A stretch of 54,064 bases of DNA, the filler included, from Candidatus Babeliales bacterium (lineage in GTDB: Bacteria > Babelota > Babeliae > Babelales > JABCYS01), in NCBI GenBank assembly GCA_016929235.1. It is 3 parts of 3 records of this genome, joined end to end, with 100 filler letters (N's around TTAATTAATTAA, not from the genome) between each part and the next. Parts side by side here need not be neighbours in the genome. Positions count along the whole stretch, not along the records: positions 1 to 21,702 come from JAFGJD010000004.1; 2 more parts are not named here. The stretch is one strand, 5' to 3'. The position numbers and the translations under genes were made by a program. Below the pieces are notes generated by a model. The model ran no database searches. It was given only the letters and a program-made list of their open reading frames with translations, and was not told where the DNA came from. This document shows positions 1-9,065 of the stretch, one piece after another; the first letter of the stretch is position 1; every line of letters starts with the position of its first letter.

Positions 1-483
1 GCGAGTGCTGAGATGTTGTAAGAGTGCTAATAGCAACTCGTCAAGGTTAAAGAGTATGCCTCCGGCGCCAAAAAGCATGTGTAGATATGTTGTTTTTGCC
101 GCTAACATGCGATAGTCGGTGTCTGTTGCTGGCGTAACAAATGCATGAATCTTTGCTGGTTCTGGGCTCACCATATAATAGAATGCTTCTTTTTCTTTAT
201 ATCCGATCAAGAGGCACGAAAATGTCGTTTTCAGAAATTCAAAAATCTGTGGTTGCTCCTTCAGCAGTTCCTCTTCTGTTTTTTGATATGGAAAGGGATA
301 ACGTGTTGGATCCATCGATCCTGTTTGTACTTGGTGTACGATTCCAAACAGAATTCGTTTATTTGATGCTACGGTTACCAATGATCCGAATGCGGGGAAC
401 GAATCCCATTTCCAGCTTTGAGCAGTAAAACCTTGGAGTGAGCTATCAATAATCTCAGCAAATGCGTGCTTGGTTTCTTTCAT
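1..483 (-). CDS. HAS-barrel-like domain protein, partial (runs off the left edge; absent from ORF track)
   Basis: Manual translation from ATG at 483: MKETKHAFAEIIDSSLQGFTAQSWKWDSFPAFGSLVTV...IVHQVQTGSMDPTRYP...EELLKEQPQIFEFLKTTF..., open to base 1. The AEII...PAFGSLV...EQPQIF..LKT.F pattern resembles stand-alone HAS-barrel proteins as I recall them. Start overlaps the rnhB stop. Confidence 0.65.
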   Translation of the reverse strand, partial: MKETKHAFAEIIDSSLQGFTAQSWKWDSFPAFGSLVTVASNKRILFGIVHQVQTGSMDPTRYPFPYQKTEEELLKEQPQIFEFLKTTFSCLLIGYKEKEAFYYMVSPEPAKIHAFVTPATDTDYRMLAAKTTYLHMLFGAGGILFNLDELLLALLQHLSTR

Positions 484-1159
484 CAGATTCCTTTGAATGC
501 TGCAAGATGGTCTGCAAAAATGACATACGGTGAATACACGAGGCCCCATGATCAACAACGGCCTGGCAGTGATGTGGTGTTGCGTATCCCTTATGTCCTC
601 CTAATGTATACCCAGGAATAGAGCGGGCGAGACGTTTCATATGGTCATCTCGATAGACTTTGGCCAGAATTGATGCGGCTGCGATAGAGCGTGACCAATG
701 CTCTCCGCGAGGTGCAGAATGAATGGCTACATGCGGAAAAGTGTGGCTAAAGGTAAGGGGCATTGCGTCGACAAGTATGCCTGTGATACGGTCAATGCCG
801 CATTGTGTTACCGCCTGCAGAATCGCTCGTTTCATGGCAATAAGTGTTGTTTGATAAATATTCAAGCGATCAATAGTTAGAGCGCTGCCCCAGCCGAATC
901 CATACCAACTGTGTTGGCGGATCCAGACGGCAGTTTCTTGGCGGGTTGCCGCGTCTAAAAGTTTCGAATCTTTGAGATTGGGGTGAGAGGCATGAGGATG
1001 TAAAACTACTGCGGCGGTGAGTACGGATCCTGCGAGACATCCGCGGCCTACTTCGTCGACTCCACAGACCATATTACCTGCCTTCCAGGCATCCATTTCA
1101 AAGGAATCTTTCAGGGGAAATTGATTGTGGTTTATGTTTTTCATGGAGTATGTTCCCAT
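455..1159 (-). CDS. rnhB: Ribonuclease HII
   Basis: GVDEVGRGCLAG, LKDSKLL, SIAAASILAKVYRD, HKGYAT and HRMSF motifs. True start may be slightly downstream (1144). Confidence 0.96.
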   Translation of the reverse strand: MGTYSMKNINHNQFPLKDSFEMDAWKAGNMVCGVDEVGRGCLAGSVLTAAVVLHPHASHPNLKDSKLLDAATRQETAVWIRQHSWYGFGWGSALTIDRLNIYQTTLIAMKRAILQAVTQCGIDRITGILVDAMPLTFSHTFPHVAIHSAPRGEHWSRSIAAASILAKVYRDDHMKRLARSIPGYTLGGHKGYATPHHCQAVVDHGASCIHRMSFLQTILQHSKESDERNQARIC

Positions 1160-1187
1160 TTGACACTGGAAGGTGCCGGTGTACTAT
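1160..1187 (+). promoter_or_regulatory. Putative sigma70 promoter of the XRE/S24 regulator, with an imperfect inverted repeat in the spacer
   Basis: TTGACA (1160-1165), 16 nt, TACTAT (1182-1187); ACACTGG-N6-CCGGTGT dyad overlaps it. Confidence 0.5.
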
Positions 1188-1250
1188 TAGAAATATCGAA
1201 AATATGCCCACCCTAAACGGGTTGCAGGTAAACATGGCAGAAGGAGTTGG

Positions 1251-1928
1251 ATGATGTCAAGGTCGACAGAATTGCGGGTCAAAGAGTTGCTCCGAGAAAA
1301 GGGCTGGACTACCAAGATTCTTGCAGAAAAAACCGGGATGTCAGAGAGTTACCTCACACATATCAAAAATGGTACTCGTCGCTGGAATGAAGATTCTCTC
1401 AGAAAATTAGCAAATGCTTTTGAATTGAGCCCTATCGAGCTTTTTGCACAGCGTCGCAAGCGTACGGATAATATTGATAGTAATGTGAGCTTGCCTGATC
1501 GATCTGATATAGAACTCAGGGTACAGGTTGTACCGGTTATGGGAGAAATTCCTTCAAATCCATCTCCGTATAATAACCAATTGATGCAGATTACGACAGG
1601 ATTCAAGGATGTCTTTGTTCCTTTATTAAATGCTAGTGATAGTTCAATGTTTGCTCTAAGCATGGAAAATAATTCCCTTTCCCCGTTTGCAATCAAGGGT
1701 GATATGATTGTGATATCTCCAGAAGTGTGGACTCGCTCAGGTGATATTGCGGCAGTTGAGTATGGAAACGATACTCCAGTAAAGGGGATCATGCGGGTGA
1801 CTTATACGGACGATTTTATTGTGCTTGAATCGGTCAATCAAAAGGTTGCTCCTATCGCCTTGGTTAGGGGTAAGGACCATTTCAGAATTATTGGTCGAGT
1901 TGTTCAGCGAATTCAAAAATTTATCTAA
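1251..1928 (+). CDS. XRE-family HTH regulator with C-terminal S24 (LexA/CI-like) domain
   Basis: N-terminal HTH (LLREKGWTTKILAEKTGMSESYLTHIKNGTR); C-terminal FALSMENNSL...GDMIVI...GDIAAV...IIGRVV; RBS AAGGAG. Confidence 0.85.
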   Translation: MMSRSTELRVKELLREKGWTTKILAEKTGMSESYLTHIKNGTRRWNEDSLRKLANAFELSPIELFAQRRKRTDNIDSNVSLPDRSDIELRVQVVPVMGEIPSNPSPYNNQLMQITTGFKDVFVPLLNASDSSMFALSMENNSLSPFAIKGDMIVISPEVWTRSGDIAAVEYGNDTPVKGIMRVTYTDDFIVLESVNQKVAPIALVRGKDHFRIIGRVVQRIQKFI

Positions 1929-2097
1929 GCTGGTATTTGGGCAGTTCAGCCATAATCCAGACATTTAGAAAGAGATTCTATTGGGATGCTAGTAAAAAAC
2001 GGGCATTCTGGTAGAATTTTCACATGTACTAAATAAAACCATGGTGGGTTTTATACTGCCGTTAGGCAAATTCCACTTAGTATTAGGAGTCACATCT

Positions 2098-2586
2098 ATG
2101 GTGCGTTATGAAACGCTTTTCTTAACTATTCCAGAACTAACACAGGATGAATTTCAGGCGATCGAGTCAGCCTTTGATAAGGCGATTAGAGATGCCAAAG
2201 GGATCCAGCTCTCTTGTGAACGATGGGGCAAGTATAAGCTTGCATATCCAGTCCAGCGCAAAGATTATGGGATCTATGGACTCGTTCGTTTTGAAGTAGA
2301 CGAAGCTGTCCGTAAGGATCTTTTGGATACCATCCGCTCTCTCCTTTCCATTAAATTTAACGATAAGGTGATGCGTTTTATGACAGCGAAGCTTGATATC
2401 AATGCTTCATTGGCATATCACCGTCCTGAGTCTCTTGAAGAAACTCCAGGACGTGAAGCAGAAACCTTCTTGAAAACAGGCAAGGTGGATCGTCTTCTTT
2501 CCAAGACACGCGAATCAGCAGAAGCGGCTTCGTCTGAGCAAGGACAGGCTGATGAACGTTTTTCAGAAGACGAAGATAGTGAATAG
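2098..2586 (+). CDS. rpsF: 30S ribosomal protein S6 with acidic C-terminal extension
   Basis: RYETLF...WGKYKLAYPV...GIY motif; AGGAG upstream of the ATG at 2098. Confidence 0.95.
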   Translation: MVRYETLFLTIPELTQDEFQAIESAFDKAIRDAKGIQLSCERWGKYKLAYPVQRKDYGIYGLVRFEVDEAVRKDLLDTIRSLLSIKFNDKVMRFMTAKLDINASLAYHRPESLEETPGREAETFLKTGKVDRLLSKTRESAEAASSEQGQADERFSEDEDSE

Positions 2587-2603
2587 GCTATAAGGAAAGA
2601 ACG

Positions 2604-2894
2604 ATGTCAAAAAAAGCGAAATTAAAGATTAGTTCCCGTTTATTAAATAAGAAGGTCCGCAGAAAGAACGGCTTCTCACGTAAAAAGCATTGCCGTTTTT
2701 GTGGCAGTGTCGATCAAGAACACTTGATTGACTATAAGAGCAGCCATTTTTTGAGGGGCTTCCTTACTGAACGTGGTAAGATTTTACCGTCACGAATTTC
2801 TGGAACTTGCTGCTTCCATCAACGTCGGTTGAGCAGCGTGATTAAACAAGCACGTTCCATGGCACTCTTGCCATATTGTGCGGCACGGTTCTAA
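2604..2894 (+). CDS. rpsR: 30S ribosomal protein S18 (Cys-containing, Zn-type)
   Basis: CRFC...IDYK...FLTERGKILPSRISGTC..HQR...ARSMALLPY. Confidence 0.97.
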   Translation: MSKKAKLKISSRLLNKKVRRKNGFSRKKHCRFCGSVDQEHLIDYKSSHFLRGFLTERGKILPSRISGTCCFHQRRLSSVIKQARSMALLPYCAARF

Positions 2895-2920
2895 TATCGT
2901 TTTGGAACAAAAACTAAGAT

Positions 2921-2951
2921 AAAAAGGCTTGCTGATTGGCAGGCCTTTTTT
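2921..2951 (+). terminator. Intrinsic terminator after rpsF-rpsR
   Basis: AAAAAGGCTTGC-loop-GCAGGCCTTTTTT hairpin with U-tract. Confidence 0.75.
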
Positions 2952-2964
2952 GTGAGGAAAACGC

Positions 2965-3714
2965 ATGCGTCACACCTACAAGCTAACTGTTGCTTATGAT
3001 GGTGCCAATTATCATGGATGGCAGGAGCAACAAGGATACCCATCTATCTACGGAGCATTAGCAGAAACGTTTCAAGCAACATTCAATGTGCCTTGTCGTC
3101 TTTTTGGAGCATCGCGTACTGATGCAGGTGTCCATGCTTTGGGGCAAGTCGTGCGCCTACAAACAGACTTGGAGATTGATTCGTATAGGCTTATGGACGC
3201 GTGGAACAATCGGCTTCCTGAGGCAATGGTGATTAGAGATATACAACAGGTCGATGCGTCATTTCATCCATGTCATAATGTGAAACAAAAAACATATTGG
3301 TACCATGTTTTCACTGAACGGCCCGTACCGTTCTTTGTTCGATATGGTTGGTATGTGCGACTTCCTCTGAATAAAAAAAAATTGCATGATGCGCTTCAGG
3401 TATTCATTGGTGAACATGATTTCCGTTCATTTATTTCCACCGGTGAAGATTATGAGAGTACCGTGAAGACAATAGATAGCATCGAAATTGAACAACTTGA
3501 TGCAGTGCAGGGGTATCGTATTATTGTAAAAGGTCATTCGTTTTTACATCACATGGTCCGCCGGCTTGTAGGGGCTGCTGTGCATGTTGCAACGCATGAA
3601 CACCTGTCAACTGATGATATTCACCGGGCGCTAGCTGAAAAAGATCCGAATCAAATTTTACCGAATGCTCCGGCACAGGGCTTGATGTTGCACTCAATTG
3701 TGTACGAGGAATAA
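2965..3714 (+). CDS. truA: tRNA pseudouridine(38-40) synthase
   Basis: VAYDGANYHGWQ, ASRTDAGVHALGQV, GEHDFRSF, FLHHMVRRLVG, APAQGLML. Confidence 0.97.
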   Translation: MRHTYKLTVAYDGANYHGWQEQQGYPSIYGALAETFQATFNVPCRLFGASRTDAGVHALGQVVRLQTDLEIDSYRLMDAWNNRLPEAMVIRDIQQVDASFHPCHNVKQKTYWYHVFTERPVPFFVRYGWYVRLPLNKKKLHDALQVFIGEHDFRSFISTGEDYESTVKTIDSIEIEQLDAVQGYRIIVKGHSFLHHMVRRLVGAAVHVATHEHLSTDDIHRALAEKDPNQILPNAPAQGLMLHSIVYEE

Positions 3715-3716
3715 GC

Positions 3717-4289
3717 ATGCATAAAAAAATAAAGGTACTTCTCATAAGTGCAGTAGCAGCAGGTTTATGTATATGGGGCATCTCATATCATACGTCGCAA
3801 GAAGTCATAAAACGTTCGCCGATTGCAGATTATGTTGATGCAAGGGATCGTGATTTTGTGCTTCATTTGTTTGACGAGAATTGGTACTGGTTGTTGACAC
3901 ATGGTCGGGATGAATATTCTCCTGAATTTATGCTAGATCATCGCTCACGAACTCAAGATCCAAAAGATTTCGGAAAGCTAACCTTAAAAGTTTTTCTTGT
4001 GGAGGATCAACCAGTTGGGTTTGTTGGTTATCTTATGGAAACCTTTTTTAAAGGTAAGGTTCTCTTTCTTGCCGTTGACTCACCACAGCGTGGTAATCGG
4101 TTTGGGGAGCAACTTTTGAGATATGCATGTAAAGCATTATTCGAAAAGGGTGCACGCGTTGTACAGCTCTTAACACGTACAGATAACAAATCAGCACAAG
4201 CGTTGTATAAACGTGTTGGTTTCAAAGTGGTGTGGAAAAATGAAGGCTTTGTCTATTTTGAAGTCAAGCCGGATACATTTAAAGAGTAA
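3717..4289 (+). CDS. GNAT-family acetyltransferase with N-terminal membrane anchor/signal
   Basis: LAVDSPQRGNRFG acetyl-CoA motif A and N..AQALYKRVGF motif B; hydrophobic N-terminus. Confidence 0.85.
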   Translation: MHKKIKVLLISAVAAGLCIWGISYHTSQEVIKRSPIADYVDARDRDFVLHLFDENWYWLLTHGRDEYSPEFMLDHRSRTQDPKDFGKLTLKVFLVEDQPVGFVGYLMETFFKGKVLFLAVDSPQRGNRFGEQLLRYACKALFEKGARVVQLLTRTDNKSAQALYKRVGFKVVWKNEGFVYFEVKPDTFKE

Positions 4290-4298
4290 TGACGGAAA

Positions 4299-5030
4299 TT
4301 ATTCCGAGATATCATAAGAAATTCTTATCTGGCCCTTTTTTTCTTTGAGCTTTCTGATTGTAATTGTTCCAATCTCGGATGTATTTTTTACATGTGTTCC
4401 CCCGCATGGTACTCCAAATTTTCCGTACAATACGACCCGTGTGGGCTTATCAACGGGAATATAGTCTGGAACCGAGGAACAATATTGTGTTAACTGATCT
4501 TTTGGAACAAATAGTATTGTCGTAGGTATTTGTTGATTAATATAGTTCTCGCAAGCAGATTCAAGATCCTTTTTAAGGGCATCGACATTTACTCCTCCGA
4601 GGCTCCCTTCGTATTCTACATAAGGGCCCTGTGGGAAGTGATAGGCTTTGGTAGGGATCCAAGGAAGTTGCACGGAGTTCATGGCCATATCAAGAAGATG
4701 GCCAGCTGAATGAAGCCTGCTGTGCAAGCTTCTTCTTTCACCATCTACCAGACATTTGACTGTATCTCCGGCCGAAAATGGATTACCAGTAAATGTTCCT
4801 ATATGGTAGACCGTTCCATCCGAGAATCTCACTTCTCCTACATTGAAGGATGATGATGCATTTTGTATTGTTCCTTGATCATATGGTTGTCCACCGCCCT
4901 GAGGATAAAAAATAGTCTGATCAAGAATGACTTTGAAGCGTTGTGGGTCCGCTTCATCAGGAATAACATCTACCACGCAGGCTGTACAATCTAGTAATTG
5001 CATTTCCTTATCATATAGAAGCTTTGTCAT
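4299..5030 (-). CDS. Stand-alone alanyl-tRNA editing protein (AlaX family)
   Basis: LDQTIFYPQGGGQPYD, HSAGHLL and PCGGTHV Zn-binding motifs. Confidence 0.93.
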   Translation of the reverse strand: MTKLLYDKEMQLLDCTACVVDVIPDEADPQRFKVILDQTIFYPQGGGQPYDQGTIQNASSSFNVGEVRFSDGTVYHIGTFTGNPFSAGDTVKCLVDGERRSLHSRLHSAGHLLDMAMNSVQLPWIPTKAYHFPQGPYVEYEGSLGGVNVDALKKDLESACENYINQQIPTTILFVPKDQLTQYCSSVPDYIPVDKPTRVVLYGKFGVPCGGTHVKNTSEIGTITIRKLKEKKGQIRISYDISE

Positions 5031-6580
5031 GTATTTTTCCTTTTCATTTCTTTGGGAACGGGTAGTCCCATCTCATGCAAAATAAATGGTGCAATATCAG
5101 CTAGCTCTTTCAATGGAAGTTTGCGGTCGTGTTTTCCATTATTTATCTCAATAAATGGTACCTTATTATTGGTGTGTGCTGTCTTGGGCTGTCCAGTCGC
5201 ATTGTCAAGCATGTCCTCTGCATTGCCGTGATCTGCTGTAACGTACATAACACCATTGAGTTTATGGACAACTGCGTATAGTTTTTTTAGCTCGCGGTCG
5301 AGACATTCGACTGCTTTTTTTGTTGCTTCAAAATCTCCGGAATGACCGACCATGTCAGCGTTTGCATAGTTGATGACATAGAAATCTTTTGGATCAGTTT
5401 CAAGTGAATTAATGACTGCATCTGTGATTGCTCGTGCAGACATTTCGGGATGTTCAATATATGTTTTTGTCTTCAGTGATGGGATCAGTGCTCGTGTTTC
5501 TGTGGCTAACGTTGCCTCTTTCCCTCCATTGAAAAAGTAGGTGACATGTGCGTACTTTTCCGTTTCAGCAATGGTAAAGATTGTCTTACCGTGTGCCGCC
5601 AATATTTCTTTTAGAGTATGTTTGATTGGATGAGACGGTAGCAAAATGTCGGTTTCAAGTGTTGCATCATATTCAGTTGGTGTAATGAACCATGCGAGTT
5701 GATATTCCTTTGCAAAGGGAATAGTTTCTGGAAGCACAAAACAACGCGTAAGTTGTCGTGCACGATCAGGGCGCACGTTGAAAAAGATGATGCCATCTCC
5801 GTCTTGGATAGTGCAGTTCTTTGTAACCTGTGCTGGGAAAATAAATTCATCAAAAATCTTTTTATGATATTGTTCCTTAAGTATTTCTTTCCATGGTCGA
5901 GGGGTTTCTGGTTGTGTAAGAGCGCGGTAGCTTTTTTCGATCCGATCCCAGTTAGCATCTCGATCCATGGCATAGTAACGCCCATGAATCGAGCCGATGA
6001 CACAGCTTTTGGCGCGCTTGCATTCTTTTTCCAGTCTAGTGAGGGCTTTCTCTGCGGATTTAGGCGGGACATCTCGTCCGTCAAGAAAGGCATGCACAAT
6101 GGTACGGATGTCCATTTCAGAAAGCATCTTGATCAATGCATACAGGTGCTGTTCATGACTATGTACACCGGCATCCGATAGGAGCCCCATCAAATGTACA
6201 CGGGCTTTGGTATTGTGGAGACGTGTTGCAGGAGTATCCAGAAACGATTCTTGAACGTTATCCTGGATTCGCTGAAGCCGATCTAGAAGGAGAGGGTGCT
6301 TGAAGAGGGTGCCATCATCCATTGCTTTATGCAGGCTTAAGATTGCGCTAGGTATGGTACGTCCGGTTCCAATTGTAAGATGTCCTACCTCAGAATTACC
6401 AATCGTTCCAGGAAGTAGACCTACGCTGGTTCCCGCGGCATCAAGAAGAGTATGCGGGTATGTGAGGAGCCAGGAATCAAGAGTTGGAGTATGAGCATAG
6501 TGCGCCGCATTATACTCTGCAGAAGGGCTAAACCCAAATCCATCAAGGATGACCAGCAAGTGGGGCTTCGTTGTCTTCAT
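5027..6580 (-). CDS. gpmI: 2,3-BPG-independent phosphoglycerate mutase
   Basis: LVILDGFG, GNSEVGH, DGRDVPPKS, GRYYAMDRD, AETEKYAHVTYFFNGG, NADMVGHSG, TADHGNAE. Confidence 0.98.
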   Translation of the reverse strand: MKTTKPHLLVILDGFGFSPSAEYNAAHYAHTPTLDSWLLTYPHTLLDAAGTSVGLLPGTIGNSEVGHLTIGTGRTIPSAILSLHKAMDDGTLFKHPLLLDRLQRIQDNVQESFLDTPATRLHNTKARVHLMGLLSDAGVHSHEQHLYALIKMLSEMDIRTIVHAFLDGRDVPPKSAEKALTRLEKECKRAKSCVIGSIHGRYYAMDRDANWDRIEKSYRALTQPETPRPWKEILKEQYHKKIFDEFIFPAQVTKNCTIQDGDGIIFFNVRPDRARQLTRCFVLPETIPFAKEYQLAWFITPTEYDATLETDILLPSHPIKHTLKEILAAHGKTIFTIAETEKYAHVTYFFNGGKEATLATETRALIPSLKTKTYIEHPEMSARAITDAVINSLETDPKDFYVINYANADMVGHSGDFEATKKAVECLDRELKKLYAVVHKLNGVMYVTADHGNAEDMLDNATGQPKTAHTNNKVPFIEINNGKHDRKLPLKELADIAPFILHEMGLPVPKEMKRKNT

Positions 6581-6640
6581 ATGAGTTATCCTTTATACTG
6601 GCGCGGTAGCCAAATCTTTCTTATTTCAACAAGGAACTCT

Positions 6641-7300
6641 ATGTCATTCTCTCGTGTGTTGCTCTGTATAGTACTGTCTTTCTCTTTTTTTTCTACTGGT
6701 CATGCGGGTGATGAGACGCCTATTCAGCCTGACGCATGCGATTTATATTTTGTTTTATGCAAAACTAAAGAGCTTGCGACTGATGATCCTATGCAACAGA
6801 TGTTGTTTTTCCAAGCCCATCCTGAGCTGCCTGCAGCAAAATTTGACTGCGGACGGTTGGCTTCTGGTATGCCAATAAAACTCGATACTATTACTGAAGA
6901 AGAGATGGTTATGTTTCCGCTTGCGCGCTTGATGCAACTGCAAACAGTCCGGGCAATCGTTCTTGCAACAGAGTTGAAAGACAATCAAGCCATTCTTCAG
7001 GATGGAACATCATTTACAATTCCAGTCGGTTATATGGTTTTATTAGCTGTCTTATGTGTCCGTGAAGACATGAATAATTTGTTAACACAACAAAACGAAC
7101 CGATAGTCGAGTCATCGATTGATGCGCTTGAAGACCAGGAGCTGGGTATTGATCTCAATGGGTTACTTGATGCATATTTTGATGAAAATTCACAACCACT
7201 TCAAACAGAATTGCCGTGGTATAAAATGATGCAACTTCGTGTTGCAGGATTTCTCTATAATGTATACGCCAATATTCGCCAATGGTGGCATAGGGCGTAG
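6641..7300 (+). CDS. Hypothetical exported protein
   Basis: AAGGA RBS then MSFSRVLLCIVLSFSFFSTGHA signal peptide; no recognised domain. Confidence 0.65.
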   Translation: MSFSRVLLCIVLSFSFFSTGHAGDETPIQPDACDLYFVLCKTKELATDDPMQQMLFFQAHPELPAAKFDCGRLASGMPIKLDTITEEEMVMFPLARLMQLQTVRAIVLATELKDNQAILQDGTSFTIPVGYMVLLAVLCVREDMNNLLTQQNEPIVESSIDALEDQELGIDLNGLLDAYFDENSQPLQTELPWYKMMQLRVAGFLYNVYANIRQWWHRA

Positions 7301-7319
7301 CAAGGCATGAAGGAGAGAT

Positions 7320-8054
7320 ATGTTAGATTGTGGACATGAATTTGCGTTTTATACACAAGGGCCACTTCCCAAAGAAGAAACAGTGCTCGATGACCCTATA
7401 CTTGTGCGACGTATTATTACGGTTGTAAGATTGCATCCAGACGAACATTTTATTCTCTTTAATGCTTCTCATTCTGTACGATGTCGCATTATTAAATTGG
7501 TTAAGCGAACACTTACGATTGCGCCAGAAAAACTACGTGAACATATAGTTTATACACCAAAGGTTACTGCGGTTGTTCCCTTATTAAAAAGAGAAGCCCT
7601 TGAGCAGACAATATACTCATTAGTCGAACTTGGTGTTAATGATATTCAATTGATTATTACAGCTAAATCACAACAAGAATTGCGATTATCAACTCGACAG
7701 CGACTGGAGCGTATTATGATTGCTGCGGCAGAGCAGTCGAAACATTTCGCGTTGCCACATTTTAGCGAAGTGGCCATGCTTGAGGAATTGTTACAGTTGA
7801 ACAACGTAGCGAAACGGATTCTTTTTGATCCGGATGGACGAATGTTGTGGGATGTTATGAGTGATATTCGCGCGGTTCATGTTCAGCATGTTGTCTGTAT
7901 GATTGGTCCTGAAGGGGCATTAACAACCGAGGAGCGACAGCGCAGTGTGGATGCAGGATATGTGTTATGTGCATTAACGCCAACAGTCCTTCGCTCATCT
8001 CAGGCATGTAGTCTTGGCATTGGTGTAGTGCGGGCTCTCTTACGAACTCGTTGA
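7320..8054 (+). CDS. rsmE: 16S rRNA m3U1498 methyltransferase (SPOUT)
   Basis: LVELGV, AAAEQS, IGPEGAL and VLRS motifs. Confidence 0.9.
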   Translation: MLDCGHEFAFYTQGPLPKEETVLDDPILVRRIITVVRLHPDEHFILFNASHSVRCRIIKLVKRTLTIAPEKLREHIVYTPKVTAVVPLLKREALEQTIYSLVELGVNDIQLIITAKSQQELRLSTRQRLERIMIAAAEQSKHFALPHFSEVAMLEELLQLNNVAKRILFDPDGRMLWDVMSDIRAVHVQHVVCMIGPEGALTTEERQRSVDAGYVLCALTPTVLRSSQACSLGIGVVRALLRTR

Positions 8055-8696
8055 TTGCTTTAAATAGAGTGGTTTAATTTGGGCTACAAATGCACTTTTA
8101 TCTTTTCTTTGTGTAAGACTCAACTCTCCAATTGTTGCTACTGAGCAGTGTTCGGGAGCATCAGGAAATTGTGCATGATTGCCTAATATAGTTTGTATTA
8201 TTTCCTTATTTATATGTGCGCCATTACCGATAAATGATAGAGATGCTTTTGGATAACGCATTAGCACCTCATTTAAGAGAGCAGTGATATTGCGATACCC
8301 TTTGATCAGTTCTTCATGATCTTGAATTGCAAAATACACATCATGATTGAATGCGTTAAGCAAAGCAATGACAGGACGCTGTAGTATGCGTGCTTCATGT
8401 AATAGTGCATCAAGGCCGTCAATGCCAAGAAGTGGAACTTTGCTCGCAAAAGAGATGCCATTAACTGTTGCAATAACTACACGCAGTGTAGTAAAAGGAC
8501 CAGGCCCTTGATTTACTACTATATATGAAAGGTCCTGTAATGTTAGTAATGCAACACCAAGAGTGTCTTTAATAGTTTGTGCGAGTAGCTTACTTGCTTG
8601 TTTTTTTGGTAATGACAGTCTTGTTATAAGATGATCGGCTCTGTACAGCGCAATATCGATTGTCTCATAGGTGTTTGTCAGAGCAAGATAGTTCAC
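8040..8696 (-). CDS. tsaB: t6A biosynthesis protein TsaB
   Basis: IVVNQGPGPFTTLRVVIATVNGI motif, C-terminal PLYLK. Confidence 0.92.
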   Translation of the reverse strand: MNYLALTNTYETIDIALYRADHLITRLSLPKKQASKLLAQTIKDTLGVALLTLQDLSYIVVNQGPGPFTTLRVVIATVNGISFASKVPLLGIDGLDALLHEARILQRPVIALLNAFNHDVYFAIQDHEELIKGYRNITALLNEVLMRYPKASLSFIGNGAHINKEIIQTILGNHAQFPDAPEHCSVATIGELSLTQRKDKSAFVAQIKPLYLKQSTSS

Positions 8697-8872
8697 TTAG
8701 TATTCTTCACTTTTTGTTGTTGATAAAAGATGCTAAACGCATCGGACTCAATTGTCCGCTCCTTCTTTGCAATGATCTTACCACAATTTAAGCATTTCCA
8801 CCCGGTGAAATTTAGAAAATGATCAAAGAAAGACTGCAGCACCATAAGCCCTGAACATTTTGTGCATTTCAT
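8693..8872 (-). CDS. Small zinc-ribbon protein (59 aa)
   Basis: MKCTKCSGLM...FFD...GWKCLNCGKII (two CxxC); GGGAGAGAGG RBS before the ATG at 8872; stop overlaps the tsaB GTG start. Confidence 0.8.
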   Translation of the reverse strand: MKCTKCSGLMVLQSFFDHFLNFTGWKCLNCGKIIAKKERTIESDAFSIFYQQQKVKNTK

Positions 8873-8979
8873 TGCCTCTCTCCCTTTTAACTCTCCATAT
8901 TGATTCGTGTTCGTCTTGGTAGCGTGTGACTTCACTACATTATTTTCACGTACGATGCAATATGTTGGTACCTCTTATC

Positions 8980-9013
8980 ACTCTATTAAACAAATGATCT
9001 TATTGTCAATAAG
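8980..9013 (-). promoter_or_regulatory. Putative sigma70 promoter with palindromic operator over the -35 box
   Basis: Minus strand TTGACA (9009-9004), 18 nt, TAGAGT; perfect dyad CTTATTG-T-CAATAAG at 8999-9013. Confidence 0.5.
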
Positions 9014-9065
9014 GGTTCATGGAGTGGCTGAGTTGTGTACACACTGGATATATTTTTGTGTTGCG

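Noticed and set aside
141..428. Plus-strand ORFs 141-428 and 145-366
   Set aside because: Antisense to the more convincing minus-strand ORF 483-1.
1251..1928. Prophage inferred from the CI-like repressor
   Set aside because: Flanked by rnhB and rpsF, with no integrase, cro or structural genes.
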